From: Callorhinchus milii
Taxonomy: Eukaryota
Assembly: GCF_018977255.1 (NCBI RefSeq)
Contig: NW_024704743.1
Span: 33,296,001-33,360,000, forward strand
Length of the DNA: 64,000 nucleotides
Direction: 5' to 3'
Every line of letters begins with the position of its first letter. The stretch's first letter is position 1. The notes under the pieces were generated by a model. It worked only from the letters and a program-made list of their open reading frames with translations, was not told the origin of the DNA and did no database searches. The position numbers and the translations under genes were made by a program. This document shows positions 13,001 to 25,219 of the stretch, piece by piece.

Positions 13001-16000
13001 GCTTCTAATGATGAATTTGGTTCATATTTTCCAATAAATGCTTTGCATGTTTTATGACTAATGATATTCCACTTTTATCCATTATTCAAGATTACCGAGG
13101 ACAGTTAAAGCCCTTGTTTGGGACTGAAAGGGTGAAAAGGGCAACGTTTTGTTAATAGGCTCAATACATTCACATCAAATCTACTGTAGATTTGATGTGA
13201 ATGATTAATAAATACAACTTGCATTTATATAGCGGCCTTAATGTAGTATAACATCTCGGAGTAAATTAAAGTGTGAATTCCAAAAAGGATGCTCAAGTAC
13301 TTTTTGTGCACAGTAATATTTTAGCATTTTTCTTTGCAGCCAACAACCCCAACAGCTTTTTAAACAATCAGACAAGCTCTGTCCTGAGCTAGCTGATCAC
13401 GCGTAGTGTTGGGAGTGGGTAAAATTAGTCCTAGTAATCCCAAAATAGGGAGGGAAATAATCCAGCAGAGTTCCTGTTTCTGATCACTATTGAATGACCC
13501 CAGCTGGAAGGTGTGCGTGTCTTGTTGGACAGGATATAGCTGTCAGGTTATTGCAGTCGTCTGTATTACCTCACAGTCTCGCCTCAAACAGTTTAAAAAG
13601 CCCTGGGGCAAAATACAATATAATACAAAATTACATTTGTAAAGCGCCTTTTGGGAGGACGTCCCAAGACGCTGAACAGTCAGGGATTAGGACTCGAGCG
13701 GGGTGGGGTGGGGGTTGGGATCAGGGAGTGTGGAGGGCAGAGAGGGTAGGAGGGTGGCAGAAGGTACAGTCGGAAGAGGAGGCTCTTGAGGCATGCCTTG
13801 AAGGAAGCAAGGGAGGGAGCGAGGCGAAGGCGATAATGTGGGATGGAATTCCAGAAGGTGGGGACGGAGAGATTGAAGACCCGACTGCAGTTGGTGGGGT
13901 GGGCCGGGTGGGAGTCATGGAGCAGTCTGCTGAGTAGATGGAGCAAGATGGGGTTAGGAGAGGTAGGAGGGGGCAAATACCATAGGGTATCTATGGTCTA
14001 TGGAACTGTACCCCAGTATATATCAGGGCTTTCAGGAGACTAAAGGAGAAGCTTGGATGGGGAGAAAACAAATCTTTGGAAGCACATATAATGGCAAAGT
14101 TGAGATTCTCTAAAAAAGCTGGTCCTGAACGTTAAAGTCAATTTGTTAACTGAGAAAATCCAATATGTTGGGATGTCACTGGCAGAATGACATTGTTTAT
14201 TCATTGTGTCCATACGCCATACGGCTGAGAGTGAGTGGAAATCAAGTGGATGCACATTGAAAATAAGAGTGGTTTCATTGATTACCTTGTTTGATCAGTA
14301 GTGCTATGGACTGTTCAAAAGTGGATCATTGTTCATCCAAACTATGGAAAATTGTATTTGAAGAGGTTAGCAAACGAATAATAAACATCAGTTCAATTGA
14401 AACATTTAAGCAATTAAATCACTAGGAGGGACGAGAGTGATTAATAAATAGATGGGAATAAAAGCAAAAAAAAGTGATTTACTTTATGAATTCTATTAAG
14501 ATAGGGAAATAGAAGGCACTTCATTTCCTGATTTCCTCGTCGGATTTTTGAATGAGTGCTAGTGTCAAAGGTAACACATTAGTGGAGCTGGCTGTGATTA
14601 ACAGGAATGGGAAACCAGGTTGCATGTATCTTGGTGCTTTAGGAGGTTTGCCACCTACTTGTCCAATGTTCCATTGTCCAGTATTAGCAGCCTTCAACTG
14701 GTTCCACGAGAGATTAGGGGACGGCAACCGATTAAGGCATGACACTGTAATTAATAGGCTTTAGTTAAGTCAATGTTAGATTTGTATGAAAGTCAGTGAC
14801 AAATAAAAGAACCCATAAACATCCCTATGAGAGTGATCTTATACCAGATTAGGATTTTTTGCTAATTTTGTGATCAGCACATTTGCCATATATATTATCT
14901 CAAAAAAATCATAATTTCTTTACTACATATTAGACATTGTAATGGTATCATGACTTTTTGGTCACCGTGCATGTCAAAATGAATAGGGCAATGTCATTTA
15001 TCCAGAACTGATTACAACCAGCACCAGCTCATCCCCCTGTAACCCAGCAGCCTCCATGTATCTCAGCCCAACTGTGACTGGAGCAGATGGAGCAAACAGC
15101 CTCAAGCTACATCAGCTGCTAGGATATTTGCAAGTGTGGATGGTGAGTGGCTCCCCCTCCTTCCTCAAGACACACCTGGCATTTACTGAATGTGAGAGTA
15201 GGGTTGCATTAGGTGGAGTAAATCATCAACCCAGACCTGAGGGGCTAAATGGCCTGATTGTGCTTATAATATTCTCGGATTCTATATCGCCATCATTCCT
15301 GGCACGCCGATCATGGTTATTTTTTTAAAGCAGACCGTTTGCATCTCTCGGATTCACCCTGTTCACACTTTTATGTTCCGTGATTTTCATTGGCTCATTC
15401 TGCTTGCAGTGCAAACCGAGTGTTAACAGAAGCAGGTCGTCAAGTTTAAGTCTGACTGTTGAGAGTGCTTTAGAAAGCTTTGATTTCCTAAACACTTCAG
15501 ACTTTGATGATGATGATGATGGTGGGGATGGTCCTGACTCTGAATGTTCTGACATCGAAGCTGAGACCAATGTTGGGTAAGTCGGTTGAGAGAAGATGTG
15601 GAGGTCCACGATGCTGCTTTATTAGCTGTGCTAGTCTCCTTCACAAAGAACACCAGGAAATACATCAGCCAAGGATGCCGTCAAAAGAAAGAGGGTGGGT
15701 GAGAGACAAATTCTCCAAAGCAAAATTCTAGACGAATTGAAGATTCCTCTCGGCTTCACTTAAATCCATTCTAATTTTTCTTTTAGGAGATTTAGTTGAT
15801 GCTTATTTGATGTTGGATCCTTGGCTTGTGGTGTAGTTTGGGTTTACTTAGTGACTAATACCTGTGTTTCTTTCCCATGTCTTTTCCCTTTTAGCACCAT
15901 GGCTCAGTGCAGTGGATTAAGCATGTCAATAACATTAACACAGAGCCAGATTTAACAAGCATGGCGTAGGTGTTCTTTGGAATGTAAGAGTGGTGACTGA

Positions 16001-19000
16001 TACTCTGAGTGAATTATTTTGCTCGCATATCTGTTACTTTCCTTCCTCCCTTCTCTTTACATTATATAATGTTAATAACTTCACGAGGCTGCACCTTAAT
16101 CAATTGGTTGAACATTGCTGCTTTACATTTCAATCAATCTTACTATTTATAGCAGTGTTTTGGAATAATGGGTCTAATTTGCATGATTTTTAACAGATTT
16201 CTTAATACACCGTGTTATTATCGAATTTTTAAAACAAAGCGCATTCCATCTTTTAGAAATGTGGTAAAGTTCAGCGAATTTTATATTTTAGAAATTCAAT
16301 CGGTATGCATTTTTTCTAAATTAAGAAATCTGTTAAGTATTGGAAATTAGAGCGCATAGCTTTAGGGCTCTTTAAAAGAGATGGAATGCGTTGAGGTTAT
16401 GAGTTCATATCTTGTCATCAGGTTCAGTAATAACCGACCGAACATCTCCATTCACAACCACCGTGTTAGGGCTACCATGACTCCTGTCAGTGCTTGTCAC
16501 TTAGCTGGCGTGTCATTTATTATAGGTTGGGAAAACATGGATGGGATTGCATTACAAGGCTCTCACTAATAGTTGAGAGCATTGAAAGAATTCATACTGA
16601 GAAATAATACACTGTTTACAGAGTATCATTAATCCCTCTTTTTATTACGCTTTGACCCACCACAATTTTCACATTTGGTCTGTAATTTGCCTCTGGTGTT
16701 CTGCCACACATACCTCTTTTGCATATTTTTTGCATTTCATTACATAGAATTATATAGAATTTTGCATAGAATGATATAGCTTGCAAATAGGCCATTCAAC
16801 GCAACTGGTCCATGCCAGTGCTAGGAACCTCCACCACTCCTAATCCACATTCATATATCCACGCATTTGTTGCATCTAGGGTCGACTATGCGGCCTTCCC
16901 AACTCTTCTCTCCACAAACTGCAGATCATCCAGAACTCTGCAGCTCATGTCCTCTCCCGCACTGGGCTTCAAGACCCTATCAACCCAACCCTCACCCAGC
17001 TCCACTGGCTCCCCACCCCCCAGAGGATAGAATTCAAAATCTTCACCTTCGAGGCCCTCCATGGCCTTGCCCCTTTCTACCTCTGTAACCTGCTAATCCC
17101 ATATCATCCTGTCCGCTCCCTCTGCTCAGCAAGCTCCCGCCTGCTCCGAGTCCCCTGGCCGGCCCTCCCCACCAATGGCGGTCTGGCCTTCAGCCTCTCT
17201 GCCCCCACCCTTTGGAACTCCATCCCACAGTCCCTTAGCCTCGCTCCCTCCCTTGCCTCCTTCAAGGCACTTCTCAAGACCCTCCTCTTTGACCGCTCCT
17301 TTGGCCTCCCTCCTATCCATACTCTCCCTGCCCTCCACCCTCCCTGATCCCATCCGCCTGCTCGGGTTCAAATCCCTGACTGTCCAGTACCTTGGGACAT
17401 CCTCCCGACATAAAAGGCACTATAGAAATGTAATTTGTTGTTGTTTGTTGTTGTTAAATGCCACTCGAGCCTCCACCCCTCGTAATCCCCACTCCGACAC
17501 CCCTCTATTCCCTTCTCCTTCATATATACACAAAGTTTCCTCTTAAATATGTTGATGCATTTTGCTTCAACCCCAGTTGATCATCATGCAGTTCATTACA
17601 CTGCTTCTGCTAAATGTCACACTGAGGCACTTCATCATGCCTTCCTTTTTCTGTCTCACCACAGGGCTGCAAGTGCAAGGGAGTTTTAAGATGTGACTGT
17701 TTGGTTGTGTTTGTAAGGTGGTATTTCACTCTATAATGTAACATAATTAGACCCATTATTAGTAGCTGTTTAGATCATTGACAACACTTTCTCTGGCAAT
17801 TGCTAACATTCTGAGAGATGAGTGAATGAAAATGCTGTTTACAGTAATAGCAGTGTAACCTCATTATTGCAAACCCATCCCCTTTTCCTGTCCCATAAAG
17901 AAGAGTTGCTCAAAACTCATTTCAGGCTAATCCCTGAAGGAAGTACATTCACTTACTGTGTTTGCAATACAGAGGTTGGGCTGTGATTATATATATGTGA
18001 TGAAATATTACAAATTTGTTTCACAGGTTTTTGCTGCATTTTTCTTTTTGTTCCTTTAAGTTCCACATTTGTATTATTCAGGCCCAAGTCTCCAGTCACA
18101 AATGCCCTCCATTATAAAAGCACACAGTCACTACACTTTACAGTATGCCCTGTCAAGCATTTTGGAACATCCTCCCAACCCGAAAGGTGCTATACAAAAT
18201 AAGGATTATTATTATAATAATAAACAGCTGGATGGAGGAGCAGCTCTGAGATGAGCATCAGTCCTCCTGAGGGACAGCAGCTCCATCTAGAGTCCATGCA
18301 AAGAACTGCTATGCTCAGTGCACAAGTGGCAAACAAGGCATGTGGCTAGTCATGGTTAAGAAACCAGTGCTAATTGCTGCTAGCGCCATACACATATTAA
18401 ATAGTGTATCAGAAATAATTAATCGTATTAGTTTGTGCAATTAAACTACAAAAACAGCTAGATAATAAAGGAATATTGTGTCTTTTGTATTTTTAAATTG
18501 AGATAATATCTCATCACGTCTCCTTACATGTTATATTTAATGACAGGTCCTGTCTGCTTCTCAGATCACCGACAGTGACAGAAATATTATCTTGCCACTT
18601 GCCCTTTTAATATGTGTTATGGTCTGATAAAAATTAAGATAAACGTGTAAGGAGTTCAACTGAAATTGCATTTTTTTTAGAAAAAGCTCCCCTAGCACCT
18701 AGATTACAATAAAAAAAGAGATTTGATATGCTCTACATTTTTAAAGTTAATTTCAGTTTTAATAATGATGTGCCCCACATTCGAGCTCATGCTCTCTCCA
18801 CTCTTCAGATCTGGGCTACTGCCTGATCAAGTGGGTGTTAGATATCCCTTGGCACTGTTCGAAAAGAGAAGGGAGTTCCTTCTAATGTCCTGGCCAACAA
18901 TTCCTCAGATAGTATCGGTCATTCACTTCATGACTGTTAGTGGGACGTTGCTGTTTGAAAATTGGCTTTCCTGTTCGCCTGGAACAAATACAGTCACTAC

Positions 19001-22000
19001 ACTTCATAGTAAATACAGTAGAATACAAATTTACAGTTATGCAGCGTCTTGTACATCAGGAGCATGTCCCAAGGTGGTTGACAGTCTTGACATGGCCAGA
19101 GTGTGGGACCGATAGGGTGAGTTGGGGAGGGGAAAAGTGACTGAAGGAGTGGTCAAAGAGAAAGTTCTTGAGATGATGCTGTGGAGCACTTTGAGACAAT
19201 CTCCTGACATGAAAGACACTATATCAAATACAAAAAGTATTACTATATTGCTCACTATCCCATCCGCTTGCCTTCAGCTTCCATGCTCCTAACCGCTAAC
19301 CATTTTTGCTACCTTTCTCATTGCCTTCAAAGCCTCCTAACAACACAGCTCTTTAAGCTTTGGTTAACATCTTTAAAATCTCTCTCATTTCCATGCTCTT
19401 CCGCGCTGCATTTGTCAAGCAATTTAAGATGGGCCTTTTCATGTGAAAGCCACAAAGTAGATGTGAATATTTTACACTTGACTCGCTGTACCAAAAAGGA
19501 TTAAAAATTGTTAGTGTTTTTAAGATTTGTTGAGCTGAAGCTGGTTTGTTTTCAATGACAGCAGCTCCGAGCACCCCGAAGCCAGGGGTCATTTGAGTGA
19601 GGCATTGACGGAAGACACGGGGGTTGGCACTAGTGTGGCTGGAAGTCCTCTGCCTCTTACCACGGGATACGAAAACCTTGACTTCACCATTGCAAAGCAC
19701 TTGCAGCACTGTGATCAGCTATTGCAGGTACTGACTCTCGCTTCATCAATACCACTTTTGGTCACGATGTACTTTTACTGCAGTATTCCCCTCACTGGGA
19801 CATTGCTGTGCACAAGTGGCTGCCTGCCACATTCGCCTAAAAAATATACACTGTAAAATCCCGTGAAGTGCTTTAAGTCTTCGTCCTGACATCAATATGT
19901 CAAATGTAATGATTAGTTGAACAAAACTGCAGATGTTGGAAATCTGAAATAAAATCAGAAGTTGCTCGGAGACCAGTCGATGTGTTAAATATTGTAAGGT
20001 TGCTGAATTGAATGTACTTGTTAATAAATAAGCAAAACATCACAAAATGTAGCTTTCATCCTTTGGAAGCACAATCATCACTAATTAATGAGGTATATAA
20101 ATAACTGGGATCCTTGGGCTAGAAGTGCATTGTTGCATATCTGATTTAGTACAGAAAACACCAATAGAATGCAATCCACTTGATTGCATATCAGACACCA
20201 TCGACCACTCTATCTCATCCACCACTTCTCCTCTCACCTCAACCTTCACGGCTCTGTCCTCGACTGGTTTATATCATGCCTCACACCACCTCCACTTCAT
20301 CTCCACAAACGGTTTCTCCTCTAGCCCCTGCACCATCTTGTGCGGTGTTCCTCAGGGCTCTGTCCTTGGTCCCCTCCTCATCAATATCTATATGCTCCCT
20401 CTTGGTGACGTCATCCACAGACATGGGGTCAACTTCCACATGTATGTGAATGACACCCAACTCTACCTCCACCCTTGACTCCAGACCACTGCTGTCCTGA
20501 CAGAATGTCTGTCAGACATCAAGTCCTGAATGAGAGCTAACTTTCTTCAGTTGAACGTCAACAAGACCGAGGCTCTCCTGATTGGCTGCAGTCAGCGCCT
20601 CCTCACCTCAGGTGCTGACAGCATCACCATCTATGGTTGCACACTCCACCTTGCTAAGCCAGTCCAGAACCTTGGGGTCTTGTTTGACCCCACATCTATG
20701 CCATGACCCGCTCTGCCTTCCTCCACCTCCTCAACATCGCCCTGCTCCGCCACTGTCTCACTCCACAGGCCACCAAAACCCTCATACGTGCTTTCATTAC
20801 ATCAAGGCTTGACTATGTAAACTCCTTGCTTGTCGGCTTCCCCAACTCCTCCCTCCATCGGCTGCAGATTATCCAGAATTCTGTCCTCTCCTGCACCACG
20901 TTCCGTGACCCTATCAACCCCGTCCTCGCCCGACTCCATTCGCTTCCCATCACACAAAGGATACAGTTCAAGATCCTGGTTCTCACCTTCAAAGCCTTGC
21001 ATGGCCTTGCTCCCCCATACCTCTGTGACCTCCTAACCCCCTACTATCCTGCCTGCTCCCTCTGCTCAGTGGGCTCTGGCCTGTTTTACGTAACCCGCCT
21101 CACTGGCCCAACTATCGGCGGGCGGGCCTTCGCCACTCTTCCCCATTCCCTGGAACTCCATCCCACAGTCCCTCTGCTTCGCCCTCACCCTTGCCTTCTT
21201 CAAGACCCATCTCAAGACCCTCCTCTTCGACCGTGCTTTCGATCTCCCTGCTTCCCCCCCTGCCCTCCACCCTCCTCGATCCCGACTCCCGATCTCGGGT
21301 TTGATACTCTGTCTGTCCAGCGCCTTGGGACGTCCTCCTGACGTGAAAGGCGCTATACAAATGTAATTTTGTTGTTGTTGTTAAATATTCCATTTAATTG
21401 CATAGAAGTTTCTAGGTCCTGGAAATTCACTATTTGTTTGCGTGGGGTTACACTAGGCTCCAATGTATATCGGATAATTGCATAATTCGCTTAATTACAT
21501 GAAAAATAGCCAGTCGACTTTATTCATACCTGTCTAACTGGCTTGGGTAATTGTATTGGTTGAGGAGTTAATCACATTAGTAAGGTTGTCATGTACAGAC
21601 TTCCATGAGGAATGGTTGCTATTGTAAAGGTGAGACAGCACTGAATTTGCGATAGCGTCGTAAAGCCATAAAGTGTTGTTTGTTAGGATAGGAGAGCGAC
21701 AGGAAGGCAGCGCCACAAATGAACTTTAGGTAATTACATACTCCATATAATTGTATGGCATCTGTCCAGTCCTGACTCCATGCAATTATATGGAGTGCAC
21801 TGTATGTTTAGAGAAACATGCCCTGTACATTGTTAATATAGCTTTATAGGCTGCACATTGATGGAAAATCTTCATTTGGTTACTTGAAAGATGCTGAATG
21901 TTCTTCGGTCAGGACATTTCCTGAAATGTGATGTTCTGTTTCCCTACCGACAGAGACTCATGTCCTTGGATGAATATCCAATCAATCGGCAGAGGCTCCT

Positions 22001-25000
22001 GGAGAAGATTTCTCAGCAGGCACTAGTACTGGAAAACATGACTGAGCTCAGCACAGAGAAAGTGGGAAGCCTCACTTCTGCAGTAGAAGGTGAGCAAATG
22101 AATAAATAAAATCCAACCTACTCTATAGCGAGGTGCACTCGATGGTTTGGCCGGTTTCCTCAGTAAAAGTAAAAATGGCTGACTTTTGCGTCATTGGTTC
22201 ACCTCAAGCATCACTTCTTGCTTGCTGCGCATGCACAACGAAGACCAGATGACCCAGACTAGTTTTCTTTTACCTCAAAAATCTGACCAGCGGGCTGGCC
22301 TGGTGAGGGGGCTGGGCTGGTGAGGGGGCTGACACTGAGTGGATTGCCTACACACACGTTATAACCAAATTTGTGCTACGTTGAAGCCTATTATAATAGG
22401 GCTGCATGATGAGAAGCAGCTGGCCTTAACCAACGGAGGCCTTTTCTTAAAAGGCTAAACCCCTCAGGTAGAATCGAACCTGGCCAGCTGTCACACTACC
22501 TTTAAATACCATTCATCTTCTCTGAGCCTTTGTCCCTTCCTCTCTCTAACATTTTCTTACCTGGTTACCTTCCCTTGCTCTCGCCATCCATTTTAAAGAT
22601 GAAAGCAACTTCTAAAACTAAAATAATATTAACTCAAAGGCAACTTCAAAGGCTGGATTTTTATCTAATCAAGAGCACGATGAGGGATAATTCACACGTT
22701 CACATCTTAGAAATAACCAAAGCACTATTTGTTTTGGTTAGTCGGGTGTCTGACATGTTTGGAAACCCATCACCATGCTTAAGAGTATCCAACGCAGTCT
22801 GAGAGTTTCACATATGTCACCTTATACATGGAAATTTCCCTGCATCTGGAATGGAATGTGCTGGAGGGCTGCATCCTGCTTCCTAATTCTGGAGAGTATT
22901 AGGCACAGGTTGACAAGAATCAAGGCTGAGGGATCTCAGATTGTAGGTTGGGAGTCTAACCTGCTAAACTGTATAGCTTGCCTTTCCCAGCTTGTCCATC
23001 TAGGACCACCTTACCCTTTAGGGATTTGGCTTGCCGGGTTAACAGGAGCTGAGTAGGAAAAATCCCTGCCCCAGTGACTGATCTCCCCATCTGAGTCCTG
23101 CCGACGAGCTTGGCTGGCTGGTCTGTCATCAGTAGTGCTCTGTAGTACTGCAGAGTCGCTTGGCTGAGGACCAACACAGGATAACCAAGACCACCACAGA
23201 AGATTGACTGGATTGTGACATTCCTTTGCCAAGCACATCATACCAGAACACCTGGAAGCTGTTTTATGCATCAAAGCAGGAAGAAACTTCTGTGGAGCAA
23301 GTCTACTTGTTGGGAGCCCACTGAACAGTGGTTTGTGAACAAGTAAACTTTTCACAGCCCCGCTATGGGACGATGTCAGCAGCACACCTCTGTAAATTAA
23401 TGGTAGCTGTAATTAATATTTAAATGAGGAGACATGTCTCAAGCACCCACTACATTAATATTTAAATCAGGGGAAAGTGCCACAAGCAAATGTGGCATTA
23501 ATATTTAAATGAGAAGATAATGCCACCAAACATTAATATTTAAATGAGGTGTGAAGTGCTGGCCATCTGTGAGGCACTTAATGGCCTCAAGGCAACTTGT
23601 GAAACAATATAAAAATCTCCTTCTGATGATTGTAATTGGGAAATGATCCAAATAAGTACTTTTTAAATAATTTGTGAAAAGAAAGAGATTTTGTCTTCTT
23701 TTTCTGTGATTCTGTGCCATGTTGAATGTTGTTCGGAAAAAGTTAAGAGACCCATTAGTCTTATGGAAGTAATTTGCAATAATAATAATGCTTGCATTTG
23801 ATATAGCGCCTTATCATGTTGCTGACTGACATTAAATTTAAATTGTAAAAATCATTGAGACACCTCAAAGCACTTCACAGGATATATTGTAAAATGGATT
23901 GACTGTGCTTGAAATGCATTTGTTTCTGATTTTTATGTTTTGTTTTGTTACCTTGCTAATTTTGTACACCAAGTTTATCCTCTCCTCTCCTCTCCTCTCC
24001 TGCCCTGGCTCTGCTTCAAACTCTACCTAAGTCTTCAGACACGATGCACTGTGAAACTCTCTCCAAATCTGTCCGCCTTACTCTTTCTCCCCCTGCCCTC
24101 AAGATCCTCTAAAAACATATCCCTTTAGTTTGCAGTATATTCAGATGCTGGTTATAACCCCCCACACAACTATTCAAATTATAATAAATAATAGTAAAGC
24201 TTACGTTTAGTTTAATGCCCATAACATTGAAACATGTTAAAGCTGTGAATTGACACCGAGGGTGGTGACTGCGGATTTTGTAGGCAAATGCAGCAGCAAT
24301 TTTGTGCCCTGTTGGGCAGCACACTGGTGTTGAATGTTGGGGCACTAACACACAAAGACAATGAGCTGGAGGATGCACTTCAGTCCCCACTCTGCTTAAC
24401 TCCCAATCTGAGCTATATTGAATGGGAAAACACTGAACAGAGTATGTGTGGAGGGTGAAACACAATGGGACGTTCTGCTTGAATGGTAGCATGCACAGCT
24501 AGCCAAAGAAGCTTTGGGAAGGTTTGGGATGAGAGATGTGCATTTCAGAGATACAGTAATTTAGTTTTTTCCATTTGGCGAAGCTATGATATTTTTCTTA
24601 TTTATCTACAGTTATCCCACGGCTGCAGGAACAACAGGCTTTGCTCTCCCTCTGGATAGAGAGCTGCGGGTCAGGGAATGTGTTCTATGCACCTGTTGAA
24701 AAGCTGATGAAACAAATTACTCTTCAGTTTGCCGAGACTGTGAACAAAAGGTGTCCAGGTCATTCTGACACAGGTACTTTTACTACTGCCTCAGAATTAA
24801 TGTACAAATCAGGGCAATGAAGCAAGGCAGGAGAAAGATTCACATGTTCCTTACTGCTTGAAGAATTGTGGATATTGGTCTTGTAATGTTTTCCAAAATG
24901 CTGACAATCTGAAATTTTAAGACAATAGGCTTAAAGCTAAGATCATGTGAATTTTGCCTCCTCCTCCCCAACAATGAAACAAAAAATCACAAGAAGCTAA

Positions 25001-25187
25001 CAAAATAGAATAAAGCTCTAAAGTATTCTGTCATCGTGCAGCAAACCCTGTTTTACACGCAGCAATTCTGGTTTGCATTATAATACTTTAATTCTAACAA
25101 GCATGACTACTTCCTGGATTTTTTAAAAATCAGGCAGGACTCTAAAAATCCCCCTGCCCAACATTGTTTGAGATCCAGGATTTTGAC

Positions 25188-25219
<32 letters not shown>

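Noticed and set aside
15325..15731. Poly-His, poly-Met and poly-Ser ORFs
   Set aside because: They are alternative frames or the antisense of the (GAT)n poly-Asp stretch in a RIPOR2 exon.
23412..23548. Mini-CRISPR array
   Set aside because: Only four 17-bp AT-rich repeats with short, partly related spacers in a eukaryotic intron.
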